Below are positions 1-8,175 of a stretch of DNA of 64,000 nucleotides, in pieces. Under the pieces are notes generated by a model. The model was given only the letters and a program-made list of their open reading frames with translations. It was not told the origin of the DNA and did not search any database. Origin of the DNA: Cyanobacteria bacterium HKST-UBA04. GTDB taxonomy: Bacteria; Cyanobacteriota; Vampirovibrionia; Vampirovibrionales; JAGQHJ01. A program made the position numbers and the translations under genes. The number at the start of each line of letters is the position of its first letter. Positions within the stretch are counted from its first letter, which is position 1. The stretch covers positions 29,032 to 93,031 of the forward strand of contig JAGQHJ010000003.1 of NCBI GenBank assembly GCA_020431915.1. Direction: 5' to 3'.

Positions 1-509
1 TTACCCCCGGTCAGGCCAAAATCGGCATTATGCCCGGCCATATCCATATGCCGGGGCCGGTCGGTGTGGTATCGCGTAGCGGGACGCTGACCTACGAAGT
101 GGTTTTCCAGCTTACCGAGCTCGGTATTGGCCAAACCACCTGTGTGGGTATCGGGGGCGACCCGGTTAACGGCACCAACTTTATTGACTGCCTGAAAGCC
201 TTTGAGGCCGACCCGGAGACGAAGGCCATTTGCATGGTCGGTGAAATCGGGGGCACGGCCGAGGAAGAAGCCGCCGAGTACGTCAAGGACCATGTGACCA
301 AGCCCGTGGTGTGCTTTATTGCCGGCCAAACGGCCCCGCCCGGCAAGCGGATGGGCCATGCGGGTGCTATTATCAGTGGCGGCAAGGGCACGGCAGCCGA
401 AAAAATGGCGGCCCTCCAGGCGGCGGGTATTACCGTTTGCCAGAGCCCGGCGGTATTGGGCGAAACCATCAAGCAGGTTATGGAAGCCAAGCAACTGCTA
501 CCCGCCTGA
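1..509 (+). CDS. sucD: Succinyl-CoA ligase alpha subunit, C-terminal part (5' end lies outside the window)
   Basis: The reading frame is already open at position 3 ([18 protein letters not shown]...). The translation carries conserved SucD blocks ([27 protein letters not shown]). Stop TGA at 507-509. Confidence 0.9.
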   Translation, partial: TPGQAKIGIMPGHIHMPGPVGVVSRSGTLTYEVVFQLTELGIGQTTCVGIGGDPVNGTNFIDCLKAFEADPETKAICMVGEIGGTAEEEAAEYVKDHVTKPVVCFIAGQTAPPGKRMGHAGAIISGGKGTAAEKMAALQAAGITVCQSPAVLGETIKQVMEAKQLLPA

Positions 510-594
510 TATAGTCTGTCCTGAATAGACCGCCCTCAATGGGTTGCTCTGCCTAGGATACCCCCACGTAACGCCACAGGGATGTTGCCGAACG

Positions 595-1875
595 ATGACC
601 ACGGTTCGGATGGTTGAATATGACGACTTCACCGGGTTTAGCCGGTTGAAGCAATGGGCATGCGGGCAACCCAAGCCACAGGATCCGCCCCTGGATACCC
701 ACCCCAAGGTGGTGGTTTTCGACGAGTTTGACTCGGCCTGCCTGCTTGAGTCCGAGGCCTTGTGCCGGGAGTTTGAGTTGTACCCCCATGTGCGGGCGGC
801 CCTGAAGGATTTTGGCAAGGTGGACATCGACGGCGACGGGGTGCCCGACGTCTTTCATGGCCGGGTGGTGGTCGAACAACTGAAGGACGCCCTGCCCGAC
901 GAGGTGGACATTGAGGCGGTTAACCTTTATGGCCGGTTTATCGGGGCTGTGCCGCATGCCTTTACCTACCTCAGGCAACGGCTCGGGCAGGGCGAACCCA
1001 TTCTGGGAGTAAACCTTTCGATGAGCCAGCAGACGCCTCGTACCGGCCGGCGGCTTCGGCGATGTATTGAACAGTTGGGCCGGAATGTGGGCCGGATTGT
1101 CAGCAATCGTCGTATCCGGCAGTGTTGCGATGCGTTTGGGGTGGATCTGATGCAACGGTCGGTCGACCATGTGGCGCCCGTGGCCCGGCAGATTCCGGTT
1201 TATGCCGGGGTGGGCAACAATGGGCCGGGGTCCTTTAACCTGATTGGGGCCGATGCGTCGGTGATACAGGTGGGCTACACCGATGCCCAGGGACAGGTGT
1301 CGCCTTACAGCGGGGTGGGACCACTGGTTAACGAGATGGCCCAGGGTGATATTGCCGTGACCGAGGTTTATGATGAGGCGGGGCAGTTAAAAGGGTACGA
1401 CATAACCGGTAACGGGCAGGTTAACATTACCCCCGACGAGGTGTCTGGCGGGCCCTGTGTGGTTAAGCGTTTTGTGGGACGGCCCCTCAAGACGGTGCTG
1501 GCAACCGGCAATGAGCAACGGGCTTTGGCAGGCTTTATTCGTGGCCAAAAGGCCCAAGGGGGCTGGCTAAGCCCGGATTACACCCCGTACCTGGACAAGG
1601 TGTACCCGCTTCGCCTGCTGTACCGGATGATGCCCAACCGGGTGGCACTGCCCTTCAAAGGGTTCTCCAGAGGTGCTGGCTTTGTGGCTTTTGCTCCCTC
1701 TGGCCGGGCCTTCTTTTTGGACGTGGCTGCTGACGGGCGACTGATCTACGACCCCGATCACTCGGGCCGACCCCATGCCGTTAATGTCCTATCGGGCAGC
1801 TCGTTTGCCACACCCCGAGCCTTGGGCCGTCGGGTCACCCAAGACTGGGCGCGCCGTCAGCCGCTGCCGGGCTAA
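595..1875 (+). CDS. Subtilisin-like (peptidase S8-like) protein with divergent Asp/His blocks
   Basis: ORF is open from TTG 544; the first ATG is at 595. Ordered blocks VVVFDEFD, FHGRVVVEQL, GVGNNGPG and LSGSSFATPRALG resemble the subtilase Asp/His/Asn/Ser blocks. Only the Ser block (G-S-S-x-A-x-P) is near consensus. Confidence 0.45.
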   Translation: MTTVRMVEYDDFTGFSRLKQWACGQPKPQDPPLDTHPKVVVFDEFDSACLLESEALCREFELYPHVRAALKDFGKVDIDGDGVPDVFHGRVVVEQLKDALPDEVDIEAVNLYGRFIGAVPHAFTYLRQRLGQGEPILGVNLSMSQQTPRTGRRLRRCIEQLGRNVGRIVSNRRIRQCCDAFGVDLMQRSVDHVAPVARQIPVYAGVGNNGPGSFNLIGADASVIQVGYTDAQGQVSPYSGVGPLVNEMAQGDIAVTEVYDEAGQLKGYDITGNGQVNITPDEVSGGPCVVKRFVGRPLKTVLATGNEQRALAGFIRGQKAQGGWLSPDYTPYLDKVYPLRLLYRMMPNRVALPFKGFSRGAGFVAFAPSGRAFFLDVAADGRLIYDPDHSGRPHAVNVLSGSSFATPRALGRRVTQDWARRQPLPG

Positions 1876-1891
1876 AACGATGCACATAGTA

Positions 1892-1921
1892 TTGACAGCG
1901 TGTTTATAAGTTGTGTAATAC
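1892..1921 (+). promoter_or_regulatory. Candidate sigma70-type promoter (TTGACA-N17-GTAATA, or N18-TAATAC) in a convergent spacer
   Basis: A perfect -35 hexamer TTGACA sits at 1892-1897, with a TA-rich -10-like hexamer 17-18 nt downstream. It lies just after the stop of the upstream gene and has no downstream CDS. Confidence 0.25.
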
Positions 1922-2305
1922 GTTACAGTTTTTAATAATTTAGGGGAAAAAAGGCGGCTTGCCATATTGGTGGCACAAAAGCCCGGTAAACTGTACAGTA
2001 ACAAATCGAAGTTAGTAACGACTGTACTGCTTTTAGGTTGGGTGTGAGGGAATCTTGAACCAGACCGGAGTCAGGGAGAGGTAAAGGCTTTGGGTTGGGT
2101 GTTAGGGGACACGGTTTAACGCCCTGGTTATCCTAGGTTACTGGGTGTACCCAGAGAGAGGGAGGGAGAACGCCGTGATGGCGGTCGACCGTAAACCTTG
2201 TCCCTGTGAAACTGAAATAAAAGGCCTGCAGAAGGTTGCACAACGGCAACCAGCGCATTGGGAGGACGCTGGAATCCGTGTAGGGGGGCGCTGTTGTGTG
2301 TGGCT

Positions 2306-3334
2306 TTATTGCAGGATGATTTTAGCCACGCTGTCACTGCCCTGCTGCGACACGTACAAGGTTTTGGTCTTGGTGTCGTAGAAAATGTTGTAGGGCTTGT
2401 TCAGGTCTTTGGCAATAATCGAGATCTTGCCGGCAGGGGTAATCATGGCCACGCTGTTGTCGAGGTGGTTGGCCACGTAGAGGTTCCCGGCCTCGTCGCT
2501 GGTCATGCCCACCGGGCCGTTAATGCCGGATCCGGCTGCGAAGAGGGCCTTGTCGCCGTTGGGCTGCACCTTGAAAATGGTATTTTTGGAAAAGTTGGCC
2601 ACAAACAGGTTGCCGTTGGCATCGGTGACCAGGCCCGTTGGGCCGCTAAATCCCGTGGCGTACTCTTGGGCTTTTAGGCTGCCGGACGAGGCGGTTTTTG
2701 CAGCGGGTTTTGGGGTGGCTGGTTTGGCGGTAGCCGTTTTGTTTTCCGGTTTGCTGCTGGTTTTGGCCGGGGCAGGCTTGCTTTCCGGTTTGGCCGTACT
2801 GGCTGTGGTGGCGGCGGCGGCGGTTTTTTCGCTGGCAGCCGGTTGCTGCGGGCTACCGACGTCACCGTCCTTTATTTTCTGGATGTTGCGCATGGCGTCC
2901 TGGTAGCGCGGATGAGAGCTGGGAATGGTTTCGAAGGCCGCCAGGGCTTTTTGGGCGTTGCCGCTTTTTTTGTACACCAACCCCAGGTTGTAACGGGCCG
3001 AGTAGTCGTCGGGGGCCAGCTCCAGCACCTTGTTAAAGGACTTGATGGCATCGTCGAACTGCTTTAGCTGATAGTGAACCACGGCCTTGTTGTAATAGCC
3101 GTCGACGAACTTGGGGTCCAGTTCGATGGACTTGTTGAAGTGGGTCAGGGCGGTGTCGTACTGCTGGGCGTTAAAGGCCTTGAGCCCTTCCTTGAAGGCT
3201 TCCTGTGTCTCATCGGCAAAGGCGTTGCAGCAAAGCAGCAGGGCGGCGGTGCACATCGACAGGATGGACAGGGCGGATAAGCGGAACAACCGGGTCGGTT
3301 GAAGAAGGGCATGTAGGCGTTTGTGTATAAGCAT
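2306..3334 (-). CDS. Secreted TPR-repeat / NHL-type beta-propeller repeat protein
   Basis: Hydrophobic signal-like N-terminus, then TPR-like repeats (YYNKAVVHYQL, ARYNLGLVYKKSG). An Ala/Thr/Pro/Lys-rich linker follows, then NHL-like blades (GPTGLVTDANGNLFVAN, GPVGMTSDEAGNLYVAN). Confidence 0.7.
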   Translation of the reverse strand: MLIHKRLHALLQPTRLFRLSALSILSMCTAALLLCCNAFADETQEAFKEGLKAFNAQQYDTALTHFNKSIELDPKFVDGYYNKAVVHYQLKQFDDAIKSFNKVLELAPDDYSARYNLGLVYKKSGNAQKALAAFETIPSSHPRYQDAMRNIQKIKDGDVGSPQQPAASEKTAAAATTASTAKPESKPAPAKTSSKPENKTATAKPATPKPAAKTASSGSLKAQEYATGFSGPTGLVTDANGNLFVANFSKNTIFKVQPNGDKALFAAGSGINGPVGMTSDEAGNLYVANHLDNSVAMITPAGKISIIAKDLNKPYNIFYDTKTKTLYVSQQGSDSVAKIILQ

Positions 3335-3538
3335 AACGGGGCTCCCATAGCTAGAGTTGCCTGTGTTGCGTAAACCGGGGTATGGTAGATCTGGCGCGCG
3401 GGGTGTGTGCCAATCCCTGTGTCCGTGTATGTAGATTGACGACTCCTGACAAGAGGGTGGGTTCCGAGTCGGGTTCCCTTGCCGGATCCCTAGTGGCCTA
3501 ATCCCGGTATCCGTCGACGTTGGCGACCAATACTTGAC

Positions 3539-6082
3539 ATGATACCCCTAGAAGAAGCACAGCTCAAGTTAAAGGATTTAAAACAGGCGCTGCATCTTGA
3601 GAAGCAGCACCGTTTTGTGGACGTGCAGGGCAAGAAGAAGCGCTTCTCCCAGTTTGTGCTCGACGTGATTCGGTTGCTCGGTCCGTTGATGGGAGATACC
3701 GAACATACCCAGAAGCTGGTTTCCCAGTTCAAGCAGTACCAGTTTGCCTCGTTGCCGGAACGAATGAGCACCATCCAGCAGTTGGAAAAACAACTGGCCG
3801 GTTTAAACCTGGAGGCTTTGCTGCGATCGCCTGCACCGGCTGCGGCACCTAAAAAACGCGGTGGGCAACCCGACGTGGCATTGGGCGGGACGGGTACCAG
3901 GGGCCTAAGCCCTGACGTGACGCGCGAAGGCCACCCCGAACGGTTGGACATGGCCGTTCAGTTCGTCAAGGGGGTGGGGCCGCGCATGGCTGAACTGCTC
4001 AAGAAGCTCGATGTACAGACGGTTCGCGAGCTGTTGTACACGTTTCCGCGCAAGTACCTGGATTACAACATGCAGGTGCCCATTGCCCAGCTGCAGCAAA
4101 ACAGCCAGGCTACCGTGGTTGGGGTGGTTCGAACCAGCAACATTGCCTTGCCCAGCAACCGGGCCATTGCCATTTTAAGTGTGGTAATTGAAGACCAGGC
4201 CGGGGCCAGGATGCTGGCCAAGTGGATTTTTGCCAAAAGCAACCGGCGCATGCTCGAGGGCATGAAAACCCGCTACGGCAAGGGTGCCATGGTGATGATG
4301 AGCGGGACGGTGAAATGGGACGCGTACAAGAAAATGATGGCCATGGACCGGCCCGAGACGGAGGTGCTCAGCTTTGCCGACGAGACCGAGGGGCAGCAGG
4401 TTGCCGGGGTGGCTCACCCGACTGCCTCCCATGTTGGGCGCATCCTGCCGGTGTATTCGCTTGTTGAGGGGTTGAACCTGCGGGCATTGCGGCGGGTTAT
4501 TCAAACCGTGCTCGAGGCGTATTTGCCCCTGGTCGACGATCCGCTGCCGCTGGCCATCCAGTCGCAGTTTGGCCTGGTGGGTCTGCACGATGCCCTTGGG
4601 CATATCCATTTCCCCGAGACAACAGCCCAATACGAGCAGGCGCGCCATCGGCTGGTGTTTGACGAACTGTTTGCCGTCCAGCTGAGGCTGATCTATATCC
4701 GCTCAAAGTTCAAGCAGTCGGCACAACTAAGCCTGCAACTGCCCTACAGAACCGACGGCTATGCCCAGCGGTTGATTGACGCGCTGCCGTTTACGTTGAC
4801 CGGGGCACAGCAGCGGGCCCTCGATGATATTAAGCAGGACATGGCCAGTCCCGAACCGATGTACCGGTTGCTGCAGGGGGATGTGGGATCGGGTAAAACC
4901 ATTGTGGCATTGCTTACCCTGCTTATTGGTGTGGACAACGGGTTTCAGGGGTGCCTGATGGCCCCGACCGAAATATTGGCCGAGCAGCACTACCGCAATT
5001 TTCAGCAGTGGCTGGTACCCTTGGGGCTTCGGGCAGCGTTGCTGCTGGGTCGGCAAGGCGTGCGCGAGCGGCGCGAAGTGATTCAGGGGCTGCTGAATGG
5101 CCAGACCCATGTGGTGGTCGGCACCCATGCCCTGATGTCGGATGACGTGGAGTTTGATCGCCTGGGCGTAATCGTTATTGACGAGCAGCACCGGTTCGGG
5201 GTGCGGCAGCGGTTAAACCTTAAAAACAAGGCCGAGCGCCCCGAGATGCTGTCGATGACCGCGACCCCCATCCCCCGTACCTTGGCCTTAAGCCTCCATG
5301 GCGACATGGATGTGTCCGTCATCGATGAACTGCCGCCGGGACGCACCCCCATTGTCACGTCGGTGCTTCGGGGCAAAAAGGGGCGGCGCCAGGTCGAGCA
5401 GTTGGTGCGTGCCCAGATTGCCAGTGGGCGGCAGGTGTATTACGTGTTTCCGCTAATCGAGGACAGCGAGTCGCTCAGCGCCAAGGCGGCGACCCAGGAG
5501 TTCGAGCTGCTGGACAAGGAGATATTCCCGGAGTTTCGGGTGGGGCTGCTGCACGGCAAGCTTGGTAACGATGAGAAGGATGCCGTGATGCAGCAGTTCA
5601 AGTCGGGGCAGTTGCAGATTCTCGTCAGTACCACCGTGGTGGAGGTGGGGGTGGATGTGCCCAATGCCACGGTGATGATTATCGAGAACGCCGAGCGGTT
5701 CGGCCTGAGCCAGTTGCACCAGTTGCGTGGCCGGGTGGGCCGGGGTGGCCACCAGAGCTATTGCGTCCTGCTTAGCGATTCGGCCACACAAGAGACCCTA
5801 GACAGGCTGTCGATTATGGAGCGCAGTACCAACGGCTTCGAGATTGCCGAGCAGGATTTGGCCATTCGGGGCCCGGGCGATTTTTTGGGTACCCGACAAA
5901 GTGGTCTGCCCGAATTTTTATTGGCCGACCTGGTCACCGATTACGATATTCTGGCCGAGGCCCGGCAGGCTGCCCAGGCCATTGTGGCCGACGAGGACTG
6001 GCGCCAAACCTATCCCGAATTAAGCGGGCTGATGACCCACTCGGCTTTCCAGACCCCGCTGGATTTTATGACGGCGGGCTAG
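3539..6082 (+). CDS. recG: ATP-dependent DNA helicase RecG with a ~140-aa N-terminal extension
   Basis: Walker A GDVGSGKT, DEQH box (VIDEQHRFGV), motif VI QLRGRVGRG, and the wedge-domain region after KGVGPRMAELL. Uninterrupted 847 codons. Confidence 0.92.
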   Translation: MIPLEEAQLKLKDLKQALHLEKQHRFVDVQGKKKRFSQFVLDVIRLLGPLMGDTEHTQKLVSQFKQYQFASLPERMSTIQQLEKQLAGLNLEALLRSPAPAAAPKKRGGQPDVALGGTGTRGLSPDVTREGHPERLDMAVQFVKGVGPRMAELLKKLDVQTVRELLYTFPRKYLDYNMQVPIAQLQQNSQATVVGVVRTSNIALPSNRAIAILSVVIEDQAGARMLAKWIFAKSNRRMLEGMKTRYGKGAMVMMSGTVKWDAYKKMMAMDRPETEVLSFADETEGQQVAGVAHPTASHVGRILPVYSLVEGLNLRALRRVIQTVLEAYLPLVDDPLPLAIQSQFGLVGLHDALGHIHFPETTAQYEQARHRLVFDELFAVQLRLIYIRSKFKQSAQLSLQLPYRTDGYAQRLIDALPFTLTGAQQRALDDIKQDMASPEPMYRLLQGDVGSGKTIVALLTLLIGVDNGFQGCLMAPTEILAEQHYRNFQQWLVPLGLRAALLLGRQGVRERREVIQGLLNGQTHVVVGTHALMSDDVEFDRLGVIVIDEQHRFGVRQRLNLKNKAERPEMLSMTATPIPRTLALSLHGDMDVSVIDELPPGRTPIVTSVLRGKKGRRQVEQLVRAQIASGRQVYYVFPLIEDSESLSAKAATQEFELLDKEIFPEFRVGLLHGKLGNDEKDAVMQQFKSGQLQILVSTTVVEVGVDVPNATVMIIENAERFGLSQLHQLRGRVGRGGHQSYCVLLSDSATQETLDRLSIMERSTNGFEIAEQDLAIRGPGDFLGTRQSGLPEFLLADLVTDYDILAEARQAAQAIVADEDWRQTYPELSGLMTHSAFQTPLDFMTAG

Positions 6083-6480
6083 GGCGACGTCGTCGGGTTC
6101 GAGGCTTTTTCGGCCATGGCGGCGGGCTCGCCAGACGGATTGGCGGTTGGGGTGGTCGGGGTGCCGGTGGTTGGTTTCGCTTCGCCAGGGTTGCTCGGCC
6201 CGTTGGCTGGTGCGGTTGGAGCGGTATTTAACGGTCGGCATGTCCCCAGAGTGGTTGAAGGTTTGCGGATCTTGCATCCCGGTTCGGCATGGCCTGGTGC
6301 GGGGCTGACGGAGAGCATGGCCACGACGCCCAACAGGGCCAGGACGTATAGGGGGATGAGGTGGTTGGATTTTGGAGACGTCACTGCAAGGGGTCCTGTG
6401 ATCGTAATGGGCCGGAGAGGCTCGCCATGAGGGGCGCTGTTCTGGGTATCGGCTGCAATCCCCCCAGATAAAGGGGGCAC
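6079..6480 (-). CDS. Hypothetical single-pass membrane protein with Pro/Thr-rich tail
   Basis: 133-codon ORF with a GTG start and strongly G/C-biased third codon positions. One hydrophobic helix (LIPLYVLALLGVVAMLSV) is followed by a P/T/A/N-rich tail. I recognise no homolog. Confidence 0.4.
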   Translation of the reverse strand: MPPLSGGIAADTQNSAPHGEPLRPITITGPLAVTSPKSNHLIPLYVLALLGVVAMLSVSPAPGHAEPGCKIRKPSTTLGTCRPLNTAPTAPANGPSNPGEAKPTTGTPTTPTANPSGEPAAMAEKASNPTTSP

Positions 6481-6532
6481 TGTAAAAAGCGTGAAACGTT
6501 TACAAGGTGTTACAAAAAGGTTGTTACAAAGA

Positions 6533-6562
6533 CCCCACCCGGACGAGGGCGCCTCGGGTGGG
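6533..6562 (-). terminator. Rho-independent terminator candidate for the 6645-7187 gene
   Basis: A 9-bp GC stem (CCCCACCCG / CGGGTGGGG) with further inner pairing. On the minus strand it is followed by a U-rich tract (GUCUUUGUAACAACCUUUUUGUAAC). Confidence 0.55.
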
Positions 6563-6644
6563 GGTGGGGACCTGCGGCGTTAGGGGCACGCTCGCGGATT
6601 CATTGGGTTACAGGGAAAACAAGGGAAGGAAACGGGTGGGGGGT

Positions 6645-7187
6645 CTAGAACAGGCCGCCGAGCAGGCTGCCCAGGACGGAACTGGATTGGCTGGACTGAC
6701 TGGCGGGGGTAGATTGGCTGTAATAGGGGTTCTGGGTATACGTATTCTGGGCATAGGGATCCGTGTAATACGGGTCCTGGTAACTGCCGGTGTTGTAATA
6801 CCCATTGTTGTAGTATCCGCTGTTATAAACGGGTTGGTTTGAGGTCTGCTGGGCACTGCAGTTGACGTCTTTCTTACGCTGGTATTCGCGGTAATAGCCA
6901 TAGCCCGCCCCACCGGCAGCCCCAATCAGGGCACCGGTTACGGCACCACGGGTGCGGCTTTCGCCGTTGAGTAGGGCACCGACGGCACCCCCGGCCAGGC
7001 CACCGACCGCACCGTTTTTTAGCACGCGGTTGTAGGAGGTCGAGCAGATGTCGGCCGCCGCAGCCGTTTGTCCGACCAGGGCGGGGGCGGCGAACAACTG
7101 GAGCGTAACGGCCACGACCAGGGAAAATTTGACAAGGCTGGCAAGACTGGTGGCCTTGCAGGGTGGTTGAATCAGGCGGGATGTCAT
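6645..7187 (-). CDS. Secreted glycine-zipper protein with Tyr/Asn/Gln-rich C-terminal tail
   Basis: GGAG Shine-Dalgarno before the ATG and a signal-like N-terminus. Gly-zipper core GAVGGLAGGAVGAL...GALIGAAGGAGYGYY is bracketed by two Cys. An ~80-aa Y/N/Q/S-rich tail ends in LLGGLF. Confidence 0.75.
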   Translation of the reverse strand: MTSRLIQPPCKATSLASLVKFSLVVAVTLQLFAAPALVGQTAAAADICSTSYNRVLKNGAVGGLAGGAVGALLNGESRTRGAVTGALIGAAGGAGYGYYREYQRKKDVNCSAQQTSNQPVYNSGYYNNGYYNTGSYQDPYYTDPYAQNTYTQNPYYSQSTPASQSSQSSSVLGSLLGGLF

Positions 7188-7413
7188 CGGACGTGGATCT
7201 CCTTATATCAAGCTAGGCGTGGCCAGTGTGATCAGTGTGATTAATAGGGCCACCTGGTTGTAAACCGATACCGGACATGACGGGCGGCGGTCGAGGGCGG
7301 TTCCTCAAAAACGGGGGCGGATGGAAATTTGGTTCCTGGGCACTAGAGGCGACTGCGCTTGGCGCACTAGTTTGGGGGCTGTTTTAGTGCTTCCCAAAAA
7401 TCGCTTCCTAAAC

Positions 7414-7460
7414 GCTACCCCGGCGCCGCTTACGGGTGTTCGTAAGCAGGCCGGGGTAGC
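7414..7460 (-). terminator. Stem-loop / terminator candidate downstream of the 7504-7917 gene
   Basis: An 11-bp outer stem (GCTACCCCGGC / GCCGGGGTAGC) encloses a 6-bp inner stem (CTTACG / CGTAAG). It lies 44 nt after the stop codon on the minus strand. The U tract is only moderate. Confidence 0.45.
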
Positions 7461-7503
7461 GAGGGGGCAACTGGTGGGTCGTGTGTGTGTGTTGGGAAGG
7501 GGG

Positions 7504-7917
7504 TTAGAACAGCTTGCCGAGCAGATTGTCGCTGTTTGTGGCCGGGGCAAAATAGGGACTGGTGGTTGAAGGCGCGTAGGTGGCGCTGGCCCGGGCATCG
7601 CAATTCAGGTCTTTTTTACGGCGGTATTCCTTGTAGTAGCCGTAGCCGGCTCCTCCGGCCGCCCCGATAACGGCTCCTTGCAGGGCGCCTTTGCTGCGGT
7701 TTTCGCTTTTCACCAGCGCACCGACAGCCCCGCCGGCCAAACCGCCCACAGCCCCGTCTTTCAGCACGCGGTTATAGGCGGTCGAGCAGACGTCGGCTGC
7801 ATGGCTGGTGGGGGAAAACCAGGCAGCGGTTCCCAGCAGTTGCAGGGTGGCCAAGCCGATGATCAGGGCTTTGACAGGGAAGGGTTGTGTGGTGAACGTG
7901 GCGGTCAGGGTATTCAT
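7504..7917 (-). CDS. Secreted glycine-zipper protein, paralog of 6645-7187
   Basis: ATG at 7915-7917 is preceded by AGGAG; the track ORF extends to 8142 but the upstream part looks non-coding. The core is near-identical to its neighbour (CSTAYNRVLKDGAVGGLAGGAVGAL...IGAAGGAGYGYYKEY). It ends in LLGKLF. Confidence 0.75.
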   Translation of the reverse strand: MNTLTATFTTQPFPVKALIIGLATLQLLGTAAWFSPTSHAADVCSTAYNRVLKDGAVGGLAGGAVGALVKSENRSKGALQGAVIGAAGGAGYGYYKEYRRKKDLNCDARASATYAPSTTSPYFAPATNSDNLLGKLF

Positions 7918-8175
7918 TGTCAGGACTCCTTTGTTGGGGGTTCCGTGTACGGTTGCTGTCCAGCGTAGCGAGAGAGAGAAAAAAAACGAGGGTATGCTGC
8001 GGCTTAGCCTGCAGACGGGCTGCAAGCCACGAAACCTAAATGAAACGCAAACAGGGAAGTGTGAATTGAACTTGAGAGTGTGATACGGGTAGAGACCCCC
8101 CTTTGAGGCCACAGGTTCCAGAAAGCCCTCAATCTCATACAACGGGTGTAGAAATGAGGGGTAAAACTGGAAGGG

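Noticed and set aside
2036-2109. G-quadruplex formation by the G-rich direct repeats.
   Set aside because: Neither copy has four consecutive G3 or longer runs within a short span.
3822-3829. HIP1 (GCGATCGC) palindrome enrichment as a cyanobacterial marker. It is also seen near 12866, 19255 and 42809.
   Set aside because: I noticed about four copies in 64 kb. That is only mildly above chance for GC-rich DNA and far below the roughly one per kb that I recall for HIP1-rich genomes.
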